IMG/VR virus record: IMGVR_UViG_3300027686_001029
Length of the DNA stretch: 64,000 nt
From: a virus
Direction: 5' to 3' (one strand)
The notes beneath the pieces were generated by a model. It did no database searches. It worked only from the letters and a program-made list of their open reading frames with translations, and had not been told where the DNA came from. Shown here piece after piece: positions 36,750 to 46,126 of this stretch. The translations under genes were made by a program, and so were the position numbers. Within the stretch, counting starts at the first letter, position 1, and the number at the start of each line of letters is the position of its first letter.

Positions 36750-37107
36750 ATTTTTGATATAATCTGTCTTTTATTTTCATCCATAATTGATGATTATATT
36801 CTCTTACTTCAGTATAGCCTCCAGTTTTAAACCCCATATCAACTTCATTACCAAAATAGTTCAATAACCAATCTTCAGCTTTTTTAGCGCCTCCTTTAGA
36901 CTCGTAAACTTTACTCCAAATAACTTTAGTATCAAAATGTTGTTGAAAGCTTTGTTCTTCTAATAAATTATTAAAGTACATTCTTGCATCTCCATCTTGA
37001 AATTCAGTAATACCTGGTTTAAAATACTTTCTATGCTTGGTACCTTTGCGCATAAAGAGTTGTAAGTATGCTTTCCATTGACCGTTTGGAAGTTTTTTAT
37101 AGTACAT
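36748..37107 (-). CDS. Divergent T5orf172/GIY-YIG-like protein
   Basis: YFKPGIT, AKKAE, GYTEV. Confidence 0.45.
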   Translation of the reverse strand: MYYKKLPNGQWKAYLQLFMRKGTKHRKYFKPGITEFQDGDARMYFNNLLEEQSFQQHFDTKVIWSKVYESKGGAKKAEDWLLNYFGNEVDMGFKTGGYTEVREYNHQLWMKIKDRLYQK

Positions 37108-37109
37108 AA

Positions 37110-37412
37110 TTATTCAAATAACATTATCATTTTAGATTTAGATATAGTACCTTCTTTAAGTTTCTCACCTACAACAGTTATAAACTCTTTGGTCCATTTA
37201 TCTTTCTGAAGTCCTTGTTCTCCTTCTGTTAAAATACTGAGGATCTCTTTTACTCTAAATGCAATTGCATCATAAGTTCTATCAACTTCCTTTGCGAAAG
37301 TTTCAATAAGAATACTGTACTCTTTTCTAGTAACATTAGATAAGTAGAAATCTAAGAATGATCTTGCTTCTTCGATCGACCAAGATTCGTAATGGCGTTT
37401 TGCTTTTTTCAT
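37110..37412 (-). CDS. Myb/HTH-like small protein
   Basis: WSIEE...FAKEVDRTYDAIAFR. Confidence 0.55.
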   Translation of the reverse strand: MKKAKRHYESWSIEEARSFLDFYLSNVTRKEYSILIETFAKEVDRTYDAIAFRVKEILSILTEGEQGLQKDKWTKEFITVVGEKLKEGTISKSKMIMLFE

Positions 37413-37439
37413 AACCTTTATTTTTATCTTATTAATTAT

Positions 37440-37477
37440 ACCTTAATATAAGAAGAAATACCCGAGGAGTTAACTTC
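37440..37477 (-). promoter_or_regulatory. Early promoter
   Basis: TTCTTATATTAAGGTA -7 element. Confidence 0.65.
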
Positions 37478-37498
37478 TCCCCGAGTTATTTTTAATTA

Positions 37499-37663
37499 TT
37501 ATTTATGGTCGGTTAGAGATAGAAGAGTTTTTTTGGTTAAATTTTTATTGTATACTAAATTGTAAATATCGTCGGCGAATTCGGGTGTAATCGAATTAGA
37601 TTCTAATAGAGATTGAAGAGTTTTTTTGATGTTTTCGTCGGTGTGATAGATAGTTTGAATCAT
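37499..37663 (-). CDS. 54-aa protein MIQTIYHTDENIKK...
   Basis: Manual translation; own promoter at 37716-37750. Confidence 0.65.
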   Translation of the reverse strand: MIQTIYHTDENIKKTLQSLLESNSITPEFADDIYNLVYNKNLTKKTLLSLTDHK

Positions 37664-37776
37664 AGTAGAAATAAATTAAGTTAATTAGTAAGAGAGTATA
37701 TCTCTCTTTCTTTAATACTTAAAGATATGAATTTTATCTCGTATAACCGGAAGAATATTAAGTTATCTTTGTAACT

Positions 37777-38439
37777 TTAAATAAACTTTTCACTGTAGTA
37801 ACCTTTGTCGTGGTTACCAATTGGATGTGTTGAGTATACACAGGCATAAAGAGGTCGGGGCTCTGTAATATTATTTACTTCTGATTTATGAAGGGTGTTT
37901 CCATCTATTACTATTATATCACCAGCTTTAGTGTCTATGAATTCATACTCTTGAGTAACTTTGTTAAAACAAGATATACCTCCTGCTTCTTTTGGAGAGT
38001 CAACTAATATCATACAGCAGTTAATTGTACTAAACTCCCCTCTTAAAGATCCTTCTGGATCAGGTCCAAATTTATTATCAGTATGGGGAGGAAAGAAGAA
38101 CTCTTCTTCTGGAAGTTTAACTACTGCCTGATCATTAAAAAGATAAGGTATATCAGTGTCGAGGAATCTCTGTGCTATGTCTAACATAAATTCCGACTTG
38201 TAGTACTTCCATAGGTTAGGATCTAATGTGCTAGCTAACTCTAACCCTTTCCAGAACATTCCTGTTCCGTTATGTCTTGGTTCTCCTTCTCTCTCAGCAT
38301 ACTTTATTTTTAAGTTTACTAATCTTTCTCTTAGATCTAAAACAACATAATCTGGTATTACATTTTTAAGATGGTAAAAACCTTTCTCTTTATGTTCTAG
38401 ATATTGATTCATATTTACTTCACTTTGAAAAATAACCAT
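37777..38439 (-). CDS. PhyH-family Fe(II)/2OG dioxygenase
   Basis: FPPHTD...GNTLHKS..N...R HxD/H triad. Confidence 0.85.
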   Translation of the reverse strand: MVIFQSEVNMNQYLEHKEKGFYHLKNVIPDYVVLDLRERLVNLKIKYAEREGEPRHNGTGMFWKGLELASTLDPNLWKYYKSEFMLDIAQRFLDTDIPYLFNDQAVVKLPEEEFFFPPHTDNKFGPDPEGSLRGEFSTINCCMILVDSPKEAGGISCFNKVTQEYEFIDTKAGDIIVIDGNTLHKSEVNNITEPRPLYACVYSTHPIGNHDKGYYSEKFI

Positions 38440-38789
38440 GCGGTTGCTTCATACTCCTTTAAATCTTTTCTAGGCCTTGTAACTACTAGAGTATGTCTAT
38501 CTTGTGATAAAACAAAGTGAAGTGAATATTGATCATCTGGCTTAGTAACAAAGAAGTTCTTTCCTTTGATTTCGTACTTACCTGTAATAGTATCTGTTAC
38601 ACCATCAGTGTCGGTAAATACTCTATTAAATCTACCGTCTAAAGTCATAGTAAGAACATTATTATGTTCAAAATTAATCCATACCCCATTCATATTGCGG
38701 TTAAGATCGGCTGTAATAAAATCTGGGGTTTGTTGAGCTGTAACATATAGGGTAATTATCAGCAGCAGTGATGTAAAAACGTTTTTCAT
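38415..38789 (-). CDS. Secreted lipocalin-like beta protein
   Basis: Sec signal (VTA/QQ); beta-rich. Confidence 0.6.
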   Translation of the reverse strand: MKNVFTSLLLIITLYVTAQQTPDFITADLNRNMNGVWINFEHNNVLTMTLDGRFNRVFTDTDGVTDTITGKYEIKGKNFFVTKPDDQYSLHFVLSQDRHTLVVTRPRKDLKEYEATAWLFFKVK

Positions 38790-38808
38790 TTAGTAATTAT
38801 TAATAGGG

Positions 38809-38994
38809 TTAATTGGTTAGTTCTAGTGTTACTTGTTTTTTAGTGTATTCCATTAAGAGTGCCTGATGCATCATCGTCTGTTGATATACATTAAAGAAGT
38901 TATTAAGGTAGTTATATGCTCCTTCTAGATGTGATTCATTAGTACATGATTCAATTACTTTAACTGCTTTGGCAAATGCTATTTGTTGCTTCAT
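38809..38994 (-). CDS. Hypothetical protein
   Basis: ORF track. Confidence 0.7.
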   Translation of the reverse strand: MKQQIAFAKAVKVIESCTNESHLEGAYNYLNNFFNVYQQTMMHQALLMEYTKKQVTLELTN

Positions 38995-38997
38995 CTA

Positions 38998-40017
38998 TTA
39001 GTTATTTTTCCATATTGCAAAATCACCTGGGAAAATTCCTACTTTAAAATTGGAAATCTCAACGTTATCTTGAGAAAGAATTTTTACATACCCGTCATAT
39101 GTTCCAACGTATACTCTATCGCCAATAGTTTCTACAGAATAAACATTATTAGCATCGTAATTACCAATTAAAGTACTTTCATCTATAGTTAAATCTTCTT
39201 TAATAGAAGCAATTCCTCCTTGGAAACTTCTATAAGTTTTTTGAGCATATGAATGCACTGAGCCTCCACATACAGTCCCTGCACCATAATCTGCTATCCT
39301 AATTGTATTGTCAAGTTTTATATCTATTGAGCTAGTACCATGAAATGCGTTCCAATTTTCATCATAAAAAGTTCTAGCAATATAAATTACATCGTCCTCT
39401 ACTAATAGAGAGGTTGGACCGTCTCCAACTTCGTATGAATCTGTTATATTATTGGCGACTGGGTTAATCTTTACAACTGTTGATGCATCACTATAATCAG
39501 AGTTCATCGTAATTCCAACATATAAATCTCCATTATTTTCTATAATAGATTCAGGTAAACCGTCTACTTCTATAGAGGATTCAATAGTGTAGTTTAATAG
39601 GTTTAAAACTTTGATATCGCTTGTGTTCCAATTAGTAAAGTACAGTTTATCTTGAAATACAATCATTTCTCTTGGAGATGATCCATTTGTAGATATTTCA
39701 GAATCTATTTCTAACATTCCATCTTTAAAAATATTAAATACTTTTATCATGTGAGAGTTATTTACTATAACAAATAACTTATCATTATAAACTAGCAATG
39801 ATTGGACTACATCTCCTACATTCTCTATGGTGTTAATTACACCTTCTTCATCTATTACTGATATAGATCCGTTTTTTTCGCCATAGTTTCCTTCGTTTGC
39901 AACAAATAAAAGTTTAACAGTCGGCTCGGAAATTACTGGATCCAAAACTTCTTCTCCTTTGTTACAGGATATTAAAGTTAAAAAAAGAGTTATAAGTATT
40001 AAAACTTGTTTTTTCAT
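38998..40017 (-). CDS. btuG: BtuG-like (DUF5074/YncE) beta-propeller surface lipoprotein, putative cobalamin binder
   Basis: Lipobox LISC; NEGNY..NGSIS, VGDVVQS, VIVNNSH, SPR, GDGPTSL match Bacteroides BtuG motifs as recalled. Confidence 0.7.
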   Translation of the reverse strand: MKKQVLILITLFLTLISCNKGEEVLDPVISEPTVKLLFVANEGNYGEKNGSISVIDEEGVINTIENVGDVVQSLLVYNDKLFVIVNNSHMIKVFNIFKDGMLEIDSEISTNGSSPREMIVFQDKLYFTNWNTSDIKVLNLLNYTIESSIEVDGLPESIIENNGDLYVGITMNSDYSDASTVVKINPVANNITDSYEVGDGPTSLLVEDDVIYIARTFYDENWNAFHGTSSIDIKLDNTIRIADYGAGTVCGGSVHSYAQKTYRSFQGGIASIKEDLTIDESTLIGNYDANNVYSVETIGDRVYVGTYDGYVKILSQDNVEISNFKVGIFPGDFAIWKNN

Positions 40018-40040
40018 ATTGATTATTTATAGGCTATTAT

Positions 40041-40529
40041 TTATTTAATGTTAAAGTTAATGAGTTTATTTTCAGAATATCTAAATGAATACTTTAATAG
40101 GTAACTGAAAAATAAATCTCCTATTATAGAGTTTATAAAGAAAGGAATTGCCATAGTATAACAAAGTAATAACCCTTCTATTGTTTTTGGATAACCACCT
40201 AACCAAACTCCAAAGTTGGTGATAATAAAAAAGATAACAGATGATGTTAATACATTTGTAACCTTTATCTTTTTCCAATATGTTCCTAGTAGGCTAATTA
40301 AAAAGAACGAACTATATACCCATATTGATATAGAGTAAAATCCTAGGTACAAATCAGATATTCCTAATGCTAGTATTGGTAGAAATATTCCTAACCATTT
40401 ATTTCTAAATGTAGTTGAACCAAATAACGCTAATGCAACTATTGGAGTAAAGTTTGGAGGATGTGGTATTAACCTTATTAAAACTGCAAATGCTACAAAT
40501 GCTAATATTAACTTCTCTTGTTTATTCAT
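40041..40529 (-). CDS. DUF6580-like multi-pass membrane protein (putative vitamin transporter S-component)
   Basis: RLIPHPPNFTPIVALALF, SDLYLGFY, FFIITNFGVW, AIPFFINSIIGD; 5-6 TM segments. Confidence 0.8.
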   Translation of the reverse strand: MNKQEKLILAFVAFAVLIRLIPHPPNFTPIVALALFGSTTFRNKWLGIFLPILALGISDLYLGFYSISIWVYSSFFLISLLGTYWKKIKVTNVLTSSVIFFIITNFGVWLGGYPKTIEGLLLCYTMAIPFFINSIIGDLFFSYLLKYSFRYSENKLINFNIK

Positions 40530-40530
40530 A

Positions 40531-40749
40531 TTATTTTACTTTATATTTCTTTTTATATATTTCTTTAAAGCTAGTTCCTACACCAATCTGTTCTATAATA
40601 GCTCCATTAGGAAGCTTTCTAGATCTTGATGCTACGATAGGATCAGGGCATTTTAGATCTGTAAATTCCTTTATATAGTATTTACGTCCTCTTCCTATCG
40701 TGTATACCACTGCTATAGGAGTATGTTTAGATTTATATACGTATGCCAT
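40531..40749 (-). CDS. Small basic protein
   Basis: ORF track. Confidence 0.7.
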   Translation of the reverse strand: MAYVYKSKHTPIAVVYTIGRGRKYYIKEFTDLKCPDPIVASRSRKLPNGAIIEQIGVGTSFKEIYKKKYKVK

Positions 40750-40751
40750 AG

Positions 40752-40913
40752 TTATAATTTACTATCAGGATAAAAATTATCATCTTCGTCAAAGTTTGGT
40801 TTACTTTTACCTTTTCGACTGTATGCTTTTTTACTTTTCTCTACGTTAGGTTTTGATGCATTCCATATATCCTGCATCGATACTTGAACCTTTTTCAAAC
40901 TCTTCTTTTTCAC
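40752..40913 (-). CDS. 53-aa Lys-rich protein
   Basis: Manual translation fills gap; GTG start overlaps upstream stop. Confidence 0.55.
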   Translation of the reverse strand: MKKKSLKKVQVSMQDIWNASKPNVEKSKKAYSRKGKSKPNFDEDDNFYPDSKL

Positions 40914-41743
40914 TTTGTTTCGCTTACTAATTGACTATTACGTTGAGCAGATTTAATTAAGTACTCTACCTTATCCATTCTGACTCTATCGTAAGTGTTA
41001 GTTGCTTCAGTATCAATATACGATTTAGTATTATCATCCCATCTATTACTCTTTTGGGTAATCTCTAAGTCTGCTGATTTACCAGAAGCAGTCATTCTTA
41101 ATACTTTTAAAGTTTTTATTCTACTTATACTCCAATCCCATCTTACCTCCAACTCAGGTAATTTACCTGACTCGCTATTAGTAAATGTAATTCCTTTTCC
41201 TGATAGTTTATCTCTTAAAGCTTTCTTTTCAAGTTTAGCAATATCGCTTTGCTGTGAGATTAAAGATTCTCTAAGCTCCTTCATAGGCTTATAAAATGTC
41301 TCAGTAAGCTTATCGTACTTTTTTTCGATAGTATTCCAAGCAGCAATTATATCGTCATTGTGATCAACAGCACATTGCATAAATTCAAATCTAGCTTGTG
41401 ACTCATTTAGCATATTTTCATCTAAAGTTTCATAAGTTGAACCATTATGGAATACCTTACTATCAACAACTCTTTCACCATTATCATCTCTTGACCAGTT
41501 GTAGTTTAATTGGTAAGATATAAGCTCTCCATACTTATCACCAGAGTATTTTAACCTTACACATTCATCGCTAGATATTTGACATATAAACTTTTCACTG
41601 TTTACGTGGAAGTAATTACCAAGCATAAGTCTCTGCTCGTTCTTTTTACGTCTTATTAATTTATGCGATCTATCTTCAAGCCCATTCTTACTATCGTAAA
41701 GCTCTTCTAATCTACTTTCTAAAATTTCTATTTGTTTTGACAT
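40910..41743 (-). CDS. Hypothetical coiled-coil early protein
   Basis: Own promoter and leader. Confidence 0.75.
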   Translation of the reverse strand: MSKQIEILESRLEELYDSKNGLEDRSHKLIRRKKNEQRLMLGNYFHVNSEKFICQISSDECVRLKYSGDKYGELISYQLNYNWSRDDNGERVVDSKVFHNGSTYETLDENMLNESQARFEFMQCAVDHNDDIIAAWNTIEKKYDKLTETFYKPMKELRESLISQQSDIAKLEKKALRDKLSGKGITFTNSESGKLPELEVRWDWSISRIKTLKVLRMTASGKSADLEITQKSNRWDDNTKSYIDTEATNTYDRVRMDKVEYLIKSAQRNSQLVSETK

Positions 41744-41767
41744 AACCTTTATTTTATCTTTTTATTA

Positions 41768-41804
41768 TACTATAAATATAAGAAATATAACTCGGGTAGG
41801 CAAC
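41768..41804 (-). promoter_or_regulatory. Early promoter cassette
   Basis: AGTTGCCTACCCGAGTTAT...CTTATATTTATAGTA; near-identical to 48876-48912. Confidence 0.8.
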
Positions 41805-41817
41805 TATTTTTATAGTA

Positions 41818-42537
41818 TTATCCAAATATTTCAACCCTAATATCTTTAGTCATTTTAAATCCTCTTTTAGATAAATGCTCTCTACCTTCTTTTACCATTC
41901 TATCCCATCCACAATAGTATACTAGAGGTTTTTGTAGTCCTAAAAGTTGCTTTTCATCTATTAGTTTAAGATAATGTTCATGAACATATCCGGTTTTACC
42001 TTCCCACTCTTCTTGAGATAAAGTTGGAATAAATTTAAAATTAGGAAGTATGCTTTCAATAAGTTTCATTTCTTCCCAATAACATATGTCCTCTTGTTTT
42101 CTAGTACCAAAGAAAAGTTTTACTTCTTGAGTAGGAACTCCATTTAGAGCTATAAAATTAATCATAGAACGGAAAGGGCTTATACCTGAACCAGTAGATA
42201 CAAAGTAAAGGTCTCTATCTATAGTCTCTGGAAGAGTAAATACTCCCATTGGTCCTCTATACGCAAATTCATCACCTATCTTAGCCTCTTTAAATAGATA
42301 TTCACTCATTGCTCCTCCTTCTAAATAAGTGATAATTAATTCAAATCTAGGAGTACCATCTGCCCAAGAGGCAACTGAATAGTTACGAACTGCTGAATCT
42401 CCCTTACCAGGTTTGCTGCATAACTGTACTAGCATTCCTGATATCATATTAATCCTATCGAGTAAAGGATCTTCAAATATAAATCTCCAATTAGATTTAG
42501 TTTCTTTTATTATATCTACGAGTACTGCTACGTTCAT
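41818..42537 (-). CDS. Ferredoxin/flavodoxin-NADP+ reductase (FNR family)
   Basis: RNYSVAS, GAMSEYL, GPMGVF, STGSGISPF, YCGWDRM. Confidence 0.9.
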   Translation of the reverse strand: MNVAVLVDIIKETKSNWRFIFEDPLLDRINMISGMLVQLCSKPGKGDSAVRNYSVASWADGTPRFELIITYLEGGAMSEYLFKEAKIGDEFAYRGPMGVFTLPETIDRDLYFVSTGSGISPFRSMINFIALNGVPTQEVKLFFGTRKQEDICYWEEMKLIESILPNFKFIPTLSQEEWEGKTGYVHEHYLKLIDEKQLLGLQKPLVYYCGWDRMVKEGREHLSKRGFKMTKDIRVEIFG

Positions 42538-42713
42538 TAAAGTATTTGTTTTACGAATTCATATACAAAGGTTGCCAAACTAAATGGCCATAATAATGTA
42601 TGGAAGAATCTTTCTCTCCAAATCCAATTTCTACCTAATTCACCTTCAATATTACTGGTAGTATAGTATTCTAACCACCAGCACCATATAATTCCTACTA
42701 AAATATATCCCAT
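42537..42713 (-). CDS. 58-aa Trp-rich membrane protein
   Basis: Manual translation; TAATG coupling; two hydrophobic segments. Confidence 0.6.
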   Translation of the reverse strand: MGYILVGIIWCWWLEYYTTSNIEGELGRNWIWRERFFHTLLWPFSLATFVYEFVKQIL

Positions 42714-42714
42714 T

Positions 42715-43860
42715 TTATTTACCGTTTATTAAAGTGCTTATTTTTATTGCTAATTCCCTAAACCAATTGCTACTATGGCCTCTTGTTGTTTCTGCTGCTG
42801 TTCCTATTCGGATACCACTAGTCTCTATGAAACTACGAGGATCGTTAGGAATACCGTTCTTATTAACAGTAATACCGTTCTCTTCTAACATATCAGCAAC
42901 TACTTTTCCACTATGATTTTTAGTGGATAAATCAATTAATATTAAATGAGAATCAGTTCCACCAGTTAAGATAGGTATATTATTATCTCTAAACACATCA
43001 CACATATGGTTTGCGTTTTCTTTTACCTTAACACAGTACTCCTTAAACTCTGGTGTATTTGCTTCTATAAAACATTGTGCTTTAGCAGCAATTATATGCA
43101 TTAGAGGACCACCTTGAGTACCCGGAAATATTGCTCCATTTATTTTCTTTGTATAATCTGAGTTATTCCAGATAATAATTCCGCCTCTCGGTCCTCTTAA
43201 GGTTTTATGAGTTGTTGAAGTTACAACATCTGCATACTCAACTGGATTAGGGTATTCTCCTCCTGCGATAAGACCTGAGTAATGAGCCATATCTACTAAA
43301 AGTATTGCTCCTACTTCATCAGCTATTTCTCTAAACTTCTTCCAATTGATTATTCTTGAATAAGCACTTGCACCAGCTATAATCATTTTTGGTTTTACTT
43401 TTAATGCATAATTTCTTATACCATCGTAATTTAAAAAACCATCTATATCTACTCCGTATGAATATGCATCATAAATTTTACCTGAAATGTTAGGTTTGCT
43501 TCCATGTGATAAATGCCCTCCACTAGCTAAACCCATCCCTAATATCCTATCACCTGGTTTTAAGAATGCTTGAAATACTGCTGTATTAGCATTTGCTCCA
43601 CAATGAGGTTGTACATTGGCAAAGTTACAACTGTATAATTTTTTGAGTTCCTCTATTGCAAGATTTTCAATTTCATCCATATGATCACATCCATTGTAAT
43701 ACCTTTTGCCGGGATACCCTTCTGCGTATTTATTTGTAAGTATTGAGCCTGCTAATTCCATAACAGCATCAGAAGCAAAGTTTTCACTAGCAATTAGTTC
43801 TATAGTACTTGATTGTCTACTCTTTTCTTTATCGAGTATATCTATGATTCGTTTATCCAT
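42715..43860 (-). CDS. glyA: Serine hydroxymethyltransferase
   Basis: LIASENF, NKYAEGYPGKRYY, TTHKTLRGPRGG PLP-lysine motif. Confidence 0.97.
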   Translation of the reverse strand: MDKRIIDILDKEKSRQSSTIELIASENFASDAVMELAGSILTNKYAEGYPGKRYYNGCDHMDEIENLAIEELKKLYSCNFANVQPHCGANANTAVFQAFLKPGDRILGMGLASGGHLSHGSKPNISGKIYDAYSYGVDIDGFLNYDGIRNYALKVKPKMIIAGASAYSRIINWKKFREIADEVGAILLVDMAHYSGLIAGGEYPNPVEYADVVTSTTHKTLRGPRGGIIIWNNSDYTKKINGAIFPGTQGGPLMHIIAAKAQCFIEANTPEFKEYCVKVKENANHMCDVFRDNNIPILTGGTDSHLILIDLSTKNHSGKVVADMLEENGITVNKNGIPNDPRSFIETSGIRIGTAAETTRGHSSNWFRELAIKISTLINGK

Positions 43861-44446
43861 TTAAATCTCTTTTAATGTCTTTTGTAACTACTTTTAAGTA
43901 TTTTTTTCTAGTTGCTGCATCTACAAAAGGTACGGACCAGAATTGCTTGGTCTTAAACCATCTATTAAGATTCCAGCCAAATACAAATGTATATACTCCC
44001 ATCACCAATCTTAACTTAACTGAATTCAGATATAGTGTTATAACTGGAAGCATTGGAGCTCCATGGGTAATATAGGTTCTAACTTTTTTATCACTTAATT
44101 TTGGTTTAGGGTAAGCATATTTACCAAACAAAGGTACAAAGTTATATGCAAATCCCGGTGTAAGAACTTCATCAAAGAATGTTTCCATCTTAGGAGTTAA
44201 TCTAAACCACCAAACAGGAGATATAAAATATAAGTGAGTAGCCCAAGTAACAGAGTTTTTATAGTTTTGTATCATTTCAGTCTTATCTCTATGGAGTTTA
44301 TCCTCGTATAAATCAATAACTCTCCAAGCTACCTGATCTGGGCAATTCTTAAATGTACGTACTATTGTTTTAAATATACCGTTGTAACAAAATGATTTTT
44401 GATCTGGGTGACCTACTATAACTAAGTGTTTAAAATTCTTTTTCAC
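43853..44446 (-). CDS. NAD(P)H:quinone oxidoreductase, flavodoxin-2 family
   Basis: GHPDQKSF, DLYE, SPVWWFRLTPKMETFFDEV. Confidence 0.85.
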   Translation of the reverse strand: MKKNFKHLVIVGHPDQKSFCYNGIFKTIVRTFKNCPDQVAWRVIDLYEDKLHRDKTEMIQNYKNSVTWATHLYFISPVWWFRLTPKMETFFDEVLTPGFAYNFVPLFGKYAYPKPKLSDKKVRTYITHGAPMLPVITLYLNSVKLRLVMGVYTFVFGWNLNRWFKTKQFWSVPFVDAATRKKYLKVVTKDIKRDLNG

Positions 44447-44825
44447 TAACTTCTTTTAAATGTTTACATTTACGATGAGCTATATAGCCCCAACAGTCAC
44501 AATGCAGACCGTTTTTGCCTTCTCTTACAGTATATTCTTTGTCTGATGTAGCTGATTTAAACTTCCAGTTTTTAGGTTCAACAAATAGCTCTTCAAATAA
44601 CTCTTTCTTAGGTTCTTCCACTATTATATCTTTTAATTCAGTTTTATAATGAACTTTTATCCAATGAGGCATTATATACTTCCCCGATATTGTATTAGCT
44701 ATACCGTATACTGGAGCTTTACATTCATAGTAATGCCTCTTTACACTGGTACCTGAAACTGGTGGAGACTGTATATACCCTCTTTGAGAATATTCAATGT
44801 TACCGTTTATATTAAATAGTGCCAT
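44430..44825 (-). CDS. SWIM zinc-finger protein
   Basis: HCDCWGY...KCKH. Confidence 0.8.
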   Translation of the reverse strand: MALFNINGNIEYSQRGYIQSPPVSGTSVKRHYYECKAPVYGIANTISGKYIMPHWIKVHYKTELKDIIVEEPKKELFEELFVEPKNWKFKSATSDKEYTVREGKNGLHCDCWGYIAHRKCKHLKEVSEKEF

Positions 44826-44842
44826 AACCTTTATTTTTATAT

Positions 44843-44876
44843 CTAAATATACGAATATTTACTTGTTTTAACAAAC
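44843..44876 (-). promoter_or_regulatory. Early promoter
   Basis: AGTTTG...TTCGTATATTTAGA. Confidence 0.7.
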
Positions 44877-45142
44877 TATCCCCATAGAAATATCCCGTAA
44901 CCAACTAAGAGGTTACCATTAAGGAGAACTAGGTTCCATTGTTTAGCTAACCACACTTGAGGAGTAGTTAGTACTGCGCCGATAAGGTATGTATACCCTC
45001 CTATATCGCCGTATGGAATTAAATAAGGAGACAGAATAAGAAATCCTGTGCCCATATATGCTGCCCTATTAGCTAATTTCTCACTAGGAGTAATTTTTCG
45101 TTCCTTAACTAATGATTTTATGAACTGTTTATAATTACGCAT
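44876..45142 (-). CDS. Small membrane protein (PQ-loop/PnuC-like)
   Basis: Three hydrophobic segments; TPQVW. Confidence 0.55.
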   Translation of the reverse strand: MRNYKQFIKSLVKERKITPSEKLANRAAYMGTGFLILSPYLIPYGDIGGYTYLIGAVLTTPQVWLAKQWNLVLLNGNLLVGYGIFLWG

Positions 45143-45323
45143 ATATAGTAATTCGAGTTTTTAATTCCTCACTTACTAATCTTCTTACCGCTCTTCTACC
45201 TGCTGGAGCTTTAGAGATAAGTTCATAACTATACCCTTCTACAGATATTCCTTGACCTTCGATCATAGTATCTGAAATCTTTCCGTTCATTCTTGATTTG
45301 GCAATGTAATACTCCTTCTTCAT
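45135..45323 (-). CDS. Hypothetical protein
   Basis: Own promoter 45345-45380. Confidence 0.65.
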   Translation of the reverse strand: MKKEYYIAKSRMNGKISDTMIEGQGISVEGYSYELISKAPAGRRAVRRLVSEELKTRITIYA

Positions 45324-45344
45324 AACTTTTATTTAAATTTATTA

Positions 45345-45380
45345 TACCTTAATATACGAACTTTCTACCTGTGATCAAAA
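45345..45380 (-). promoter_or_regulatory. Early promoter
   Basis: TTG-N19-TATATTAAGGTA. Confidence 0.75.
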
Positions 45381-46126
45381 TATATCTTCTTATATTTTAA
45401 CTTTTCTATATACTCGTTAAAAGTATTTTGATCATCTATCCACCAATCTAGTTCATGTTGTTTACCTATTACTACTTGAGGTTCTATAGTCTCTATATAC
45501 TGTTCCATTGTTAGACCAGAGTCTAAAGCATATTTCATAACCGAAAGCTCATCAGGAACTGCTAATAGGTTATTGTCCATAGATAACTGTATAAGTTTTT
45601 TTGCAACCAGTAAAGAATTACAGTACACAAAGCCAGTATTAGGAATTACATACCCTCCTTTATATTTATAAGAATTAGCTTTGACTTGTTTCTCTAATTC
45701 AGTAATAAAAGGATTAATATTTTTAACTTTTTTTAGCTCTACAAAAGCTTTTTCAGGGTAAATATATAAAGGCACTTGTAAAGGACCTCCTACTTTTAAA
45801 GAAGTATAGAATTCTGAGTCAATCGGTCTGATTAAATGACAGTCCCAATCTACAAGAACTACCTCTTGAAATAACTCTACTCCTATTTCAATAGCTTTAA
45901 GCTTATGGTTTAAACTTCTAAAGTCTTTAAATGTATGATCCGATGCAATGCTAGTATCATAAGGTCCGTCATGTACTAAATAACAATCAAAACCTTTTTC
46001 AGTAAGTATTTTTTCATTCTCTTTACCCCAAACTATAACTTTTTCATTCAAGTTATCTAATTTAGCCTCATCCATTTGATGAATATATTTAGAGAGGTCT
46101 CCCCAAAAAGTTCTTATAAATACCAT
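45365..46126 (-). CDS. GT-A-like nucleotide-sugar transferase
   Basis: LVDWDC DxD motif, PNTGFVY, PDE. Confidence 0.5.
   Translation of the reverse strand: MVFIRTFWGDLSKYIHQMDEAKLDNLNEKVIVWGKENEKILTEKGFDCYLVHDGPYDTSIASDHTFKDFRSLNHKLKAIEIGVELFQEVVLVDWDCHLIRPIDSEFYTSLKVGGPLQVPLYIYPEKAFVELKKVKNINPFITELEKQVKANSYKYKGGYVIPNTGFVYCNSLLVAKKLIQLSMDNNLLAVPDELSVMKYALDSGLTMEQYIETIEPQVVIGKQHELDWWIDDQNTFNEYIEKLKYKKIYFDHR

Noticed and set aside
40530-40910. Cobalamin riboswitch upstream of DUF6580/btuG
   Set aside because: The interval is filled by two small ORFs, and no GGGAA/B12-box core was found
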